Shown here: piece after piece, positions 1 through 13,200 of the stretch
Position numbering within the stretch: the first letter of the stretch is position 1
How the letters are laid out: the number at the start of each line of letters is the position of its first letter
Source of the DNA: Eledone cirrhosa
Taxonomy: Eukaryota
Length of the DNA: 64,000 bases
Direction: 5' to 3'
NCBI GenBank assembly: GCA_964016885.1
Contig: OZ024751.1
Location: forward strand, 3,286,001 to 3,350,000
Notes under the pieces: model-generated
The model's database searches: none
The model's input: only the letters and a program-made list of their open reading frames with translations
What the model was told of the DNA's origin: nothing
Position numbers and translations under genes: made by a program

Positions 1-1049
1 ACGATGCATGTGTTAGCAGGAGGTAGTGGGAGAGAATAGCGGCGGTAGTGATAATGAGGCAGTGGTGGTGGTGGTGCTGTACTAGTAGTACTTAGCAGGA
101 GGTAGTGGGAGAGAATAGCGGCGGTAGCGATAATGAGGCAGTGGTGGTGGTGATGTGATCATAGTACTGTAGTGATGGTGTTGAAGTTGAAGTAGAAATA
201 GAGGTTGAGGTAACTTGACTAGAGTTTTTAGCGTGGCAATGGTGTTGGTGGTGAAATTATCTTCTCTGTCCACTTAGCTATTTAGCTATTTAGTCATTTT
301 GCCATTTTCCTCCTTTTCGACTCTAACATTCCTGATCCAAAAATTAAATATTAATATTGTTTATTAATATTGTCTAGTGATACCGCCACCTTCCCCTTTC
401 GTAAGTTAACAGAAGGTAATGGAGGAATAGCGGTGGTAGCAATGAAGGAGTAGTGGCGGCGGTGATGGGATAGTGGTAGCAATGATGGATGGGGTGGTGG
501 CGGCGGTGACTATAGTGATGGCGTTGTCGTTACTGAGTTTTGTTGAATAGACTGTAGTTTGTTTGATCGGCGAATATATGCGGTTAGTCGCGTATGTTTA
601 ATATATGTGTTGACATATTTTCTTAATATTGGAATTAAACATTTTGTGAAAACTTGAGACAATAATAATAGTAATTATTATTATTATGCTGGGATTGGTG
701 GTGGTAGTGGTGAAATTGCCGTTATCTGGCTGTTGTATTTAGTGTACACAGAGGGATGATGGGATAGGTGGTGTATCTAGTTTGTGGTGTTGGTGAAATT
801 GCTGTTATTTGGCTGTTCTATATAGTGTAGACAGAGGGGGTTTTCTTCCATTTAAAACCATTTTCTTTTTTGAATATAAAATGTATAATGCAAAATTAAA
901 TATTTGAGCGATATAACAGAATATTATGGATCCGAATTTTCTGATAGTTGAGTCTGTTGCTAAGAATTGCTATTTCACAATTGATTTAAATATGTTAAAA
1001 ATCAAAAACTTACGGGAGCGATTTCATGACCTTCTATCCACCACGTGCG

Positions 1050-1059
1050 CCTTCTTCTT

Positions 1060-1143
<84 letters not shown>

Positions 1144-1146
1144 TTT

Positions 1147-1185
<39 letters not shown>

Positions 1186-1197
1186 GTTATTGTTATT
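1050..1197. repeat. (TTC)n-(TTA)n compound microsatellite; (TAA)n tail/target of the adjacent LINE fragment
   Basis: Read directly; the same TTC/TTA compound abuts the homologous LINE 3' end at 37624-37707. Confidence 0.95.
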
Positions 1198-1433
1198 CCT
1201 TGAATCTCAGTCATTGATGTTGGTTAACTGGAAAGTCCGTTGGATTGAATATCAAGCCACTACCTGCAGCCTCAGATATTCAGGACGTATCGGAGGGTTC
1301 TTGCTGTTCCAAGCAAGCATGCCTTTTGAAGCGTTCCAAAAAGCGTGAAGGGGCCGATTTTCTTTAACCATCCCTGGAAACCTTTGGAGATAGTCCCCAG
1401 TGCGCCTATGACAATCGGGATCACTTTGACTTC
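1198..1433 (-). mobile_element. 5'-truncated R4/Dong-type LINE 3' end (C-terminus of the REL endonuclease plus 3' UTR)
   Basis: Minus strand reads VIPIVIGALGTISKGFQGWLKK; near-identical to 37710-37945 and 56190-56420; TAA repeats on both sides. Confidence 0.85.
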
Positions 1434-1448
1434 ATTATTATTGTTATT

Positions 1449-1860
1449 ATGTCAGGTCGTTCTTCAGCGCTACTGGTAACACTGGTAACATGCAACCCAA
1501 TACAACATGTGCATGATCGGGTCGTCGGCGACTAAATCGGCAACCCTCCAAGCTTGCTTGTGAGGAGGGGGAATTTGGACACCCTTCAGGACAAAAGACA
1601 AAACCCATCAAAGGGGAGGAACTCAGCAGAGCCAACGGCCATCCAATAATTTGTTTTTTTCTGTGGCGCGAGGGACTGCTAGTCTTCATTAAGACATATC
1701 TCTATGAGAAGGTCACTCTGATATAAAACCTGCGGCTTCATTTGCATCCAATGATGTAGATCAGTTTTTTTCTTTTTGGGTAAATGCATTCGATGTTCAG
1801 AGAGTGGGACTGGCCCCGTGCAAAGCCTTTCCTTACTTAAAAAAGCTTCAAGCACAGGTA
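1449..1860 (+). repeat. Dispersed repeat, possibly the 5' UTR of a LINE; paralogue at 35248-35680
   Basis: tgtc.ggtc..tctt.ag.gctactggtaaca...gatataaaacctgcggct is shared between the two loci; the family assignment is a guess. Confidence 0.6.
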
Positions 1861-1986
1861 TTACTTAATATGTGACATTTTTTACGATGCATGATATTAC
1901 TGGACATAAGCAAGCAGGACTAAAAAAAAAAAATATCCGTGATACTTATGCTTAAGTATCAAGCTCGAAATCGAGTTGCAGCCATC

Positions 1987-2240
<254 letters not shown>

Positions 2241-3059
2241 ATACGATATATATATAATAATACCCGAATTACTTGATCGTTTTTTTGGCTATGCGAATGA
2301 TTGTTTAACCATCGTCTCAGTGTGTTTGGCCTTTAATGTTTGTTATAGCTCTGGTTCATCTGAATCATTGAGCACTTGCCGCACATCTCGGAGGTTGTTT
2401 TTCGTTATTTCGTGGGCCGAAATGCGAATCTCGATAATTTATGTTTGTAATTATATATATACATATATCGCAACATATGCTCGTCTAAATGCAGCACAGA
2501 TTTATAGATAGAGAAGTGTTTGGCGCTATTTCCATTCTATTTACATTTATATGTTTAATAAATACAAGACCAGTGGAATTAGATTGCTATCAGCTAATGA
2601 AACCTAACCTATGTGTTGACATTACAGAATCAAACCATCATTCAATACCCTTTCTTTACTTTCTCTCAAGTCGTCATTTTCTGTTTCGTTATTGGTTTTG
2701 TTTTTCGTTTATTTTCCCCAGATCTTATGGTCGTTAAGTGAGACAAATAAATGATCAGAAAAAAATATGACTGGATTTAATAAGATGTTGGAAATAAAAA
2801 TAAATCTTATTTTATAAACACACACAATAAACAAAGACTGACTGACTGACAGAGAGACAGACTGACAGGCAAATAACAATTGATTGCTTCTCTTGTGTGT
2901 GTGTGTGGGGGGGGGGGGGGGTCATTGACACCTTTACTGATCTCAGACCCTATTAACTGGTAATAAAGGTTTAGGGCGTCATCGCTGCATTAGTGATCAG
3001 GTCGGATGTAAGGCGACGAAATCAACAATAAATTAGAATTTAGACACAAAGTCAACAGT

Positions 3060-3395
3060 TTTGGGAGGAAGGGCAAGGTTGATAATATCAACCCAGACAT
3101 TTGACTGATACTATATTTTATCGACCTCGGAAAGATGAAACGCAAAGTTGACCTCGGCAGGATTTGAACTCAGAACGTAAAGGGCCATAACTAAATATTG
3201 CAATGCATTTTGTCCGGGCTCTACCGATTCTGCCAAGCCATCGCCACTAATAATTGTTTCTACTTTAGGCACAAGGCCAGCAATTACCCACTACATTACT
3301 GGTACTTTATTTTATCGACCCCGTAAGGATGAAAGGCAAAGTTAACCTCGGCGGGATTTGAACTCAGACTGTAAAGGGACGGAACTATGCTAATC
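3060..3395 (-). mobile_element. Two tandem tRNA-derived SINEs
   Basis: Minus strand has B-box-like ctgagttcaaatcc followed by gaggt.aactttgc.tttcatc.tt.c.gggtcgataaaa; the motif recurs more than 10 times in the window. Confidence 0.85.
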
Positions 3396-3454
3396 AGCCT
3401 CCTCTCTATACGCTACCGATGTTGTCCAAGGGAAAGCTTGGCACGAGAGACGTC

Positions 3455-3597
3455 ACAACTCATTTCTGCAACTGAGTGAACTGGAGCAATGTGAAAATAA
3501 AGTGTCTTGCTCAAGAACACAACGCAAAGCTCGGTCCGGGAATCGAACTCACAACCTCACGATTGTAAGCTGTAACCACTAAGCTATGCGCCTTCAC
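3455..3597 (-). mobile_element. CORE-like tRNA SINE
   Basis: Minus strand has a gagttcgattccc B-box followed by gttgtgttcttgagcaagacacttta...gctccagttcactcag, resembling the CORE domain; a degraded copy lies at ~18050-18130. Confidence 0.65.
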
Positions 3598-3651
3598 ACA
3601 CACACACACACACACACACAAATATATCTATATATATATTATATATATATA

Positions 3652-4058
3652 TATTAATTCAAAATATTCACTAAATTAGACATTCGTGTGATCAAGTATA
3701 TTATATTATACATATTTCAGAGGTACTGAGCTATCTTCAACAGTACGTCCTCATTAGATAAATAAGATGATGCATGACATACACTGACATAGTAGATGGT
3801 TAAGATTCAATCATGGTAGAGCGACCATCTACTATGTCAGGGTACGTCATGCATTATCTTATTTTATCTGATGAGGGCGTACTGTTGAAGATAGCTCAGT
3901 AGCTCTGAAATATGTATAATAAAATATACTTGATCACACGAATATCTATTTTTGTTAATATTTTGAATTAATAATATTTCCGGAAAACCCGACAGTGGAG
4001 TGCTTCCAATCTATTGTAAAACTAATTCTTTGATTTATTCATTGAACCTTGTTTAAAT
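3652..4058 (+). mobile_element. Fold-back HHR-bearing element, family B (PLE pLTR-like)
   Basis: Arms 3652-3800 and 3824-3972 are inverted repeats; the 3' extension gagtgcttccaatcta.tgtaaaact is homologous to 61388-61485; flanked by (TA)n. Confidence 0.8.
3860..3926 (+). ncRNA. Minimal type-I hammerhead ribozyme
   Basis: tattttat-CTGATGA-stem II (gggcgtactg/cagtagctc)-GAAA-tatgta-TA-ataaaata; 8-bp stem I and near-palindromic stem III. Confidence 0.75.
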
Positions 4059-4262
4059 ATATATATATATATGTAAGAATAATTTCTAAACAGCGACGGG
4101 GTTTGAAATTATTAGAAATGTAAGTTATCGCCGTATTTTGTACGTCAATACTCATCATTTTCAATTTCTCCGAGGGTTCTTAACCCCACTATCAGGCTAA
4201 CTAATTTCTTTAATTTCTTTAGTCAAAATACGGCGATAACATAGATGTATATATATATATAT

Positions 4263-7200
4263 AAAAACGTAAAAAATGAAACGAAATTTCATTTCCCACT
4301 CTTAGTACGGCTGTTACTTAAATATAAGTATGTACACGTACATACATATATGTATAAAGACGTACAGTAGTATGTATATATATATACATACATGCACACG
4401 TATGGATTCACCGAACATTTATTATAATGTTCGGTGTGTTTGTAAACAAACATCCCGTATTAAGCCGTAGTGTCTAGCAACCATCGTTGCTCGTTTGTTC
4501 AACACTGACAAAGGAACGCTGTACTAGCTTCAAGCTTATTAGCTATCGTCAGCAACGTATACCTTCCTGCCAGATTGTTGAACGTATACTTACCTTATGC
4601 ATATTTCAGTGTTGAACAAACGAGCAACGATGGTTGCTAGACACTACGGCTTAATACGGGATGTTTGTTTACAAACACACCGAGCATTATAATAAATGTT
4701 TGGTGAATCCATACGTACATATATATATATGTGTGCATGTATGTATATATATATATACATACTACTGTACGTCTGTATACATATATGTATGTACGTGTAC
4801 ATACTTATATTTAAGTAACAGCCGTACTAAGAGTGGGAAATGAAATTTCGTTTAATTTTTTTCCGTTTATCGTTTTCGGTGCACTAGGCCGATTAACCCA
4901 CTTGATATGCAAATTGGGCTACTCATCCGTTAATATGCATAAGGTAAGTATATCCGTTCAATAATCTGGCAGGAAGGTATACGTTGCTGACGATAGCTAA
5001 TAAGCTTGAAACTAGTACAGCGTTCCTTTGTCAGTGTTGAACAAACGAGCAACGATGGTTGCTAGACACAACGGCTTAATACGGGATGTTTGTTTACAAA
5101 CACACCGAGCATTATAATAAATGTTCGGTGAATCCATACGTACATATATATATGTGTGCATGTATGTATATATATATACATACGTACGTCTGTATACATA
5201 TATGTATGTACGTGTACATATTTATATTTAAGTAACAGCCGTACTAAGAGTGGGAAATGAAATTTCGTTTCATTTTTTCCGTTTATCGTTTTCGGTGTAC
5301 CCGGCCGATTAACCCACTCGATATGCAAATTGGGCTACTCAGCCGTTAATATGCATAAGGTAATTAAATACGTTCAACAATCTGGCAGGAAGGTATATGT
5401 TGCTGACGATAACTAATAAGCTTGAAACTAGTACAGCGTTCCTTTGTCAGTGTTGAACAAACGAGCAACGATGGTTGCTAGACACAACGGCTTAATAAGG
5501 GATGTTTGTTTACAAACACACCGAGCATTATAATAAATGTGAGGTGAATCCATACGTACATATATATATATGTGTGCATGTATGTATATATATATATATA
5601 CGTACTACTGTACGTCTGTATACATATATGTATGTACGTGTACATACTTATATTTAAGTAACAGCCGTACTAAGATTGGGAAATGAAATTTCGTTTCATT
5701 TTTTCCGTTTATCGTTTTCGGTGCACCCGGCCGATTAACCCACTCGATATGCAAATTGGACTACTCATCCGTTAATATGCATAAGGTAAGTATATGCGTT
5801 CAATAATCTGGCAGGAAGGTATACGTTGCTGACGATAGCTAATAAGTTTGAAACTAGTACAGCGTTCCTTTGTCCGTGTTGAACAAACGAGCAATGATGG
5901 CTGCTAGACACTACGGCTTAATACAGGATGTTTGTTTACAAACACACCGAGCATTATAATAAATGTTCGGTGAATCCATACGTACATACATATATATGTG
6001 TGCATGTATGTATATATATATACATACTACTGTACGTCTGTATACATATATGTATGTACGTGTACATACTTATATTTAAGTAACAGCCGTCCGAATAGTG
6101 GGAAATGAAATTTCGTTTCATTTATTCCGTTTATCGTTTTCGGTGCACCCGGACAATTAACCCACTCGATATGCAAATTGGGCTACTCAACCGCTAATAT
6201 GCATAAGGTAAGTATATACGTTCAACAATCTGGCAGGAAGGTATACGTTGCTGACGTTAGCTAATAAGCTTGAAACTATTACAGCGTTCCTTTGCCAGTG
6301 TTGAACAAACGAGCAACGATTGTTCCTAGACACTACGGCTTAATACAGGATGTTTGTTTACAAACACACCGAGCATTATAATAAATGTTCGGTGAATCCA
6401 TACGTACATATATATATGTGTGCATGTATGTATATATATATACATACGTACGTCTGTATACATATATGTATGTACGTGTACATACTTATATTTAAGTACA
6501 GCCGTACTAAGAGTGGGAAATGAAATTTCGTTTCATTTTTTCCGTTTATCGTTTTCGGGGTACCCGACCGATTAAGCCAATCGATATGCAAATTGGGCTA
6601 CTCAACCGTTAATATGCATATGGTAAATATATACGTTCAACAATCTGGCAGGAAGGTATACGTTGCTGACGATAGCTAATAAGCTTGAAACTAGTACAGC
6701 GTTCCTTTGTCAGTGTTGAACAAACGAGCAACGATGGTTGCTAGACACTACGGCTTAACACGTTATGTTTGTTTACAAATACACCGAGCATTATAATAAA
6801 TGTTCGTTGAATCCATACGTACATATATATATGTGTGCAGGTATGTATATATATATATACTTACTACTGTACGTCTGTATACATATATGTATGTACGTGT
6901 ACATACTTATATTTAAGTAACAGCCGTACCAAGATTGGGAAATGAAATTTCGTTTCATATTTTCCGTTTACCGTTTTCGGTGCACCAGGCCGATTAACCC
7001 ACTGGATATGCAAATTGGGCTACTCAGCCGTTAATATGCATAAGGTAAGTATATACGTTCAATAATCTGGCAGGAAGGTATGCGTTGCTGACGATAGCTA
7101 ATAAGCGTAAAACTAGTACAGAGTTCCTTTGCAAGTGTTGAACAAACGAGCAATGATGGTTGCTAGACACTACGGCTTAATACATGATGTTTGTTTACAA

Positions 7201-10200
7201 ACACACCGAGCATTATAATAAATGTTCGGTGAATCCATACGTACATATATATATGTGTGCATGTATGTATATATATATACATACTACTGTACGTCTGTAT
7301 ACATATATGTATGTACGTGTACATACTTATATTTAAGTAACAGCCGTACTAAGAGTGGGAAATGAAATTTCGTTTAATTTTTTCCGTTTATCGTTTTCGG
7401 TGCACCCGGCCGATTAACCCATTCGATATGCAAATTGGACTACTCAGCCGTTAATATGCATAAGGTAAGTATATCCGTTCAATAATCTGGCAGGAAGGTA
7501 TACGTTGCTGACGATAGCTAATAAGCTTGAAACTAGTACAGCGTTCCTTTGTCAGTGTTGAATAAACGAGCAAAGATTGTTGCTAGACACTACGGCTTAA
7601 TACGGGATGTTTGTTTACAAACACACCGAGCATTATAATAAGTGTTTGGTGAATCCATACGTACATATATATATGTGTGCATGTATGTATATATATATAT
7701 ATATATACATACGTACGTCTGTATACATATATGTATGTACGTGTACATACTTATATTTAAGTAACAGCCGTACTAAGAGTGGGAAATGAAATTTCGTTTC
7801 ATTTTTTCCGTTTATCGTTTTCGGTGTACCCGGCCGATTAACCCACTCGATATGCAAATTGGGCTACTCAGCCGTTAATATGCATAAGGTAATTAAATAC
7901 GTTCAACAATCTGGCAGGAAGGTATATGTTGCTGACGATAACTAATAAGCTTGAAACTAGTACAGCGTTCCTTTGTCAGTGTTGAACAAACGAGCAACGA
8001 TGGTTGCTAGACACAACGGCTTAATAAGGGATGTTTGTTTACAAACACACCGAGCATTATAATAAATGTGAGGTGAATCCATACGTACATATATATATAT
8101 GTGTGCATGTATGTATATATATATATATACGTACTACTGTACGTCTGTATACATATATGTATGTACGTGTACATACTTATATTTAAGTAACAGCCGTACT
8201 AAGATTGGGAAATGAAATTTCGTTTCATTTTTTCCGTTTATCGTTTTCGGTGCACCCGGCCGATTAACCCACTCGATATGCAAATTGGACTACTCATCCG
8301 TTAATATGCATAAGGTAAGTATATGCGTTCAATAATCTGGCAGGAAGGTATACGTTGCTGACGATAGCTAATAAGTTTGAAACTAGTACAGCGTTCCTTT
8401 GTCCGTGTTGAACAAACGAGCAATGATGGCTGCTAGACACTACGGCTTAATACAGGATGTTTGTTTACAAACACACCGAGCATTATAATAAATGTTCGGT
8501 GAATCCATACGTACATACATATATATGTGTGCATGTATGTATATATATATATACATACTACTGTACGTCTGTATACATATATGTATGTACGTGTACATAC
8601 TTATATTTAAGTAACAGCCGTCCGAATAGTGGGAAATGAAATTTCGTTTCATTTATTCCGTTTATCGTTTTCGGTGCACCCGGACAATTAACCCACTCGA
8701 TATGCAAATTGGGCTACTCAACCGCTAATATGCATAAGGTAAGTATATACGTTCAACAATCTGGCAGGAAGGTATACGTTGCTGACGTTAGCTAATAAGC
8801 TTGAAACTATTACAGCGTTCCTTTGCCAGTGTTGAACAAACGAGCAACGATTGTTCCTAGACACTACGGCTTAATACAGGATGTTTGTTTACAAACACAC
8901 CGAGCATTATAATAAATGTTCGGTGAATCCATACGTACATATATATATGTGTGCATGTATGTATATATATATACATACGTACGTCTGTATACATATATGT
9001 ATGTACGCGTACATACTTATATTTAAGTACAGCCGTACTAAGAGTGGGAAATGAAATTTCGTTTCATTTTTTCCGTTTATCGTTTTCGGGGTACCCGACC
9101 GATTAAGCCAATCGATATGCAAATTGGGCTACTCAACCGTTAATATGCATATGGTAAATATATACGTTCAACAATCTGGCAGGAAGGTATACGTTGCTGA
9201 CGATAGCTAATAAGCTTGAAACTAGTACAGCGTTCCTTTGTCAGTGTTGAACAAACGAGCAACGATGGTTGCTAGACACTACGGCTTAACACGTTATGTT
9301 TGTTTACAAATACACCGAGCATTATAATAAATGTTCGTTGAATCCATACGTACATATATATATGTGTGCAGGTATGTATATATATATATACTTACTACTG
9401 TACGTCTGTATACATATATGTATGTACGTGTACATACTTATATTTAAGTAACAGCCGTACCAAGATTGGGAAATGAAATTTCGTTTCATATTTTCCGTTT
9501 ACCGTTTTCGGTGCACCAGGCCGATTAACCCACTGGATATGCAAATTGGGCTACTCAGCCGTTAATATGCATAAGGTAAGTATATACGTTCAATAATCTG
9601 GCAGGAAGGTATGCGTTGCTGACGATAGCTAATAAGCGTAAAACTAGTACAGAGTTCCTTTGCAAGTGTTGAACAAACGAGCAATGATGGTTGCTAGACA
9701 CTACGGCTTAATACATGATGTTTGTTTACAAACACACCGAGCATTATAATAAATGTTCGGTGAATCCATACGTACATATATATATGTGTGCATGTATGTA
9801 TATATATATACATACTACTGTACGTCTGTATACATATATGTATGTACGTGTACATACTTATATTTAAGTAACAGCCGTACTAAGAGTGGGAAATGAAATT
9901 TCGTTTAATTTTTTCCGTTTATCGTTTTCGGTGCACCCGGCCGATTAACCCATTCGATATGCAAATTGGACTACTCAGCCGTTAATATGCATAAGGTAAG
10001 TATATCCGTTCAATAATCTGGCAGGAAGGTATACGTTGCTGACGATAGCTAATAAGCTTGAAACTAGTACAGCGTTCCTTTGTCAGTGTTGAATAAACGA
10101 GCAAAGATTGTTGCTAGACACTACGGCTTAATACGGGATGTTTGTTTACAAACACACCGAGCATTATAATAAGTGTTTGGTGAATCCATACGTACATATA

Positions 10201-13200
10201 TATATGTGTGCATGTATGTATATATATATATATACATACGTACGTCTGTATACATATATGTATGTACGTGTACATACTTATATTTAAGTAACAGCCGTAC
10301 TAAGAGTGGGAAATGAAATTTCGTTTCATTTTTTCCGTTTATCGTTTTCGGTGTACCCGGCCGATTAACCCACTCGATATGCAAATTGGGCTACTCAGCC
10401 GTTAATATGCATAAGGTAATTAAATACGTTCAACAATCTGGCAGGAAGGTATATGTTGCTGACGATAACTAATAAGCTTGAAACTAGTACAGCGTTCCTT
10501 TGTCAGTGTTGAACAAACGAGCAACGATGGTTGCTAGACACAACGGCTTAATAAGGGATGTTTGTTTACAAACACACCGAGCATTATAATAAATGTGAGG
10601 TGAATCCATACGTACATATATATATATGTGTGCATGTATGTATATATATATATATACGTACTACTGTACGTCTGTATACATATATGTATGTACGTGTACA
10701 TACTTATATTTAAGTAACAGCCGTACTAAGATTGGGAAATGAAATTTCGTTTCATTTTTTCCGTTTATCGTTTTCGGTGCACCCGGCCGATTAACCCACT
10801 CTATATGCAAATTGGACTACTCATCCGTTAATATGCATAAGGTAAGTATATGCGTTCAATAATCTGGCAGGAAGGTATACGTTGCTGACGATAGCTAATA
10901 AGCTTGAAACTAGTACAGCGTTCCTTTGTCCGTGTTGAACAAACGAGCAATGATGGCTGCTAGACACTACGGCTTAATACAGGATGTTTGTTTACAAACA
11001 CACCGAGCATTATAATAAATGTTCGGTGAATCCATACGTACATACATATATATGTGTGCATGTATGTATATATATATACATACTACTGTACGTCTGTATA
11101 CATATATGTATGTACGTGTACATACTTATATTTAAGTAACAGCCGTCCGAATAGTGGGAAATGAAATTTCGTTTCATTTATTCCGTTTATCGTTTTCGGT
11201 GCACCCGGACAATTAACCCACTCGATATGCAAATTGGGCTACTCAACCGCTAATATGCATAAGGTAAGTATATACGTTCAACAATCTGGCAGGAAGGTAT
11301 ACGTTGCTGACGTTAGCTAATAAGCTTGAAACTATTACAGCGTTCCTTTGCCAGTGTTGAACAAACGAGCAACGATTGTTGCTAGACACTACGGCTTAAT
11401 ACAGGATGTTTGTTTACAAACACACCGAGCATTATAATAAATGTTCGGTGAATCCATACGTACATATATATATGTGTGCATGTATGTATATATATATACA
11501 TACGTACGTCTGTATACATATATGTATGTACGTGTACATACTTATATTTAAGTAACAGCCGTACTAAGAGTGGGAAATGAAATTTCGTTTCATTTTTTCC
11601 ATTTATCGTTTTCGGTGTACCCGGCAGATTAACCCACTCGATATGCAAATTGGGCTACTCAACCGTTAATATGCATAACGTAAATAAATACGTTCAACAA
11701 TCTGGCAGGAAGGTATATGTTGCTGACGATAGCTAATAAGCTTGAAACTAGTACAGCGTTCCTTTATCAGTGTTGAACAAACGAGCAACGATGGTTGCTA
11801 GACACAACGGCTTAATACGGGATGTTTGTTTACAAACACACCGAGCATTATAATAAATGTTCGGTGAATCCATACGTACATATATATATGTGTGCATGTA
11901 TGTATATATATATATACATACTACTGTACGTCTGTATACATATATGTATGTACGTGTACATACTTATATTTAAGTAACAGCCGTACTAAGATTGGGAAAT
12001 GAAATTTCGTTTCATTTTTTCCGTTTATCGTTTTCGGTGCACCCGGCCGATTAACCCACTCGATATGCAAATTGAGCTACTCAGCCGTTAATATGCATAT
12101 GGTAAATATATACGTTCAACAATCTGGCAGGAAGGTATGCGTTGCTGACGATAGCTAATAAGCGTAAAACTAGTACAGCGTTCCTTTGCAAGTGTTGAAC
12201 AAACGAGCAATGATGGTTGCTAGACACTACGGCTTAATACATGATGTTTGTTTACAAACACACCGAGCATTATAATAAATGTTCGGTGAATCCATACGTA
12301 CATATATATATGTGTGCATGTATGTATATATATATACATACTACTGTACGTCTGTATACATATATGTATGTACGTGTACATACTTATATTTAAGTAACAG
12401 CCGTACTAAGAGTGGGAAATGAAATTTCGTTTCATTTTTTCCGTTTATCGTTTTCGGTGCACCCGGCCGATTAACCCATTCGATATGCAAATTGGACTAC
12501 TCAGCCGTTAATATGCATAAGGTAAGTATATCCGTTCAATAATCTGGCAGGAAGGTATACGTTGCTGACGATAGCTAATAAGCTTGAAACTAGTACAGCG
12601 TTCCTTTGTCAGTGTTGAATAAACGAGCAAAGATTGTTGCTAGACACTACGGCTTAATACGGGATGTTTGTTTACAAACACACCGAGCATTATAATAAGT
12701 GTTTGGTGAATCCATACGTACATATATATATGTGTGCATGTATGTATATATATATATATATACATACGTACGTCTGTATACATATATGTATGTACGTGTA
12801 CATACTTATATTTAAGTAACAGCCGTACTAAGAGTGGGAAATGAAATTTCGTTTCATTTTTTCCATTTATCGTTTTCGGTGTACCCGGCAGATTAACCCA
12901 CTCGATATGCAAATTGGGCTACTCAACCGTTAATATGCATAACGTAAATAAATACGTTCAACAATCTGGCAGGAAGGTATATGTTGCTGACGATAGCTAA
13001 TAAGCTTGAAACTAGTACAGCGTTCCTTTGTCAGTGTTGAACAAACGAGCAACGATGGTTGCTAGACACAACGGCTTAATACGGGATGTTTGTTTACAAA
13101 CACACCGAGCATTATAATAAATGTTCGGTGAATCCATACGTACATATATATATGTGTGCATGTATGTATATATATATATACATACTACTGTACGTCTGTA

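Noticed and set aside
1-900. GT-rich region with a ~75-bp duplication (13-80 / 93-170)
   Set aside because: Low complexity; it may be a decayed PLE, but I found no motif to support a call
3160-3600. tRNA genes suggested by B-box motifs
   Set aside because: These are SINE heads, with no cloverleaf or CCA-type acceptor stem
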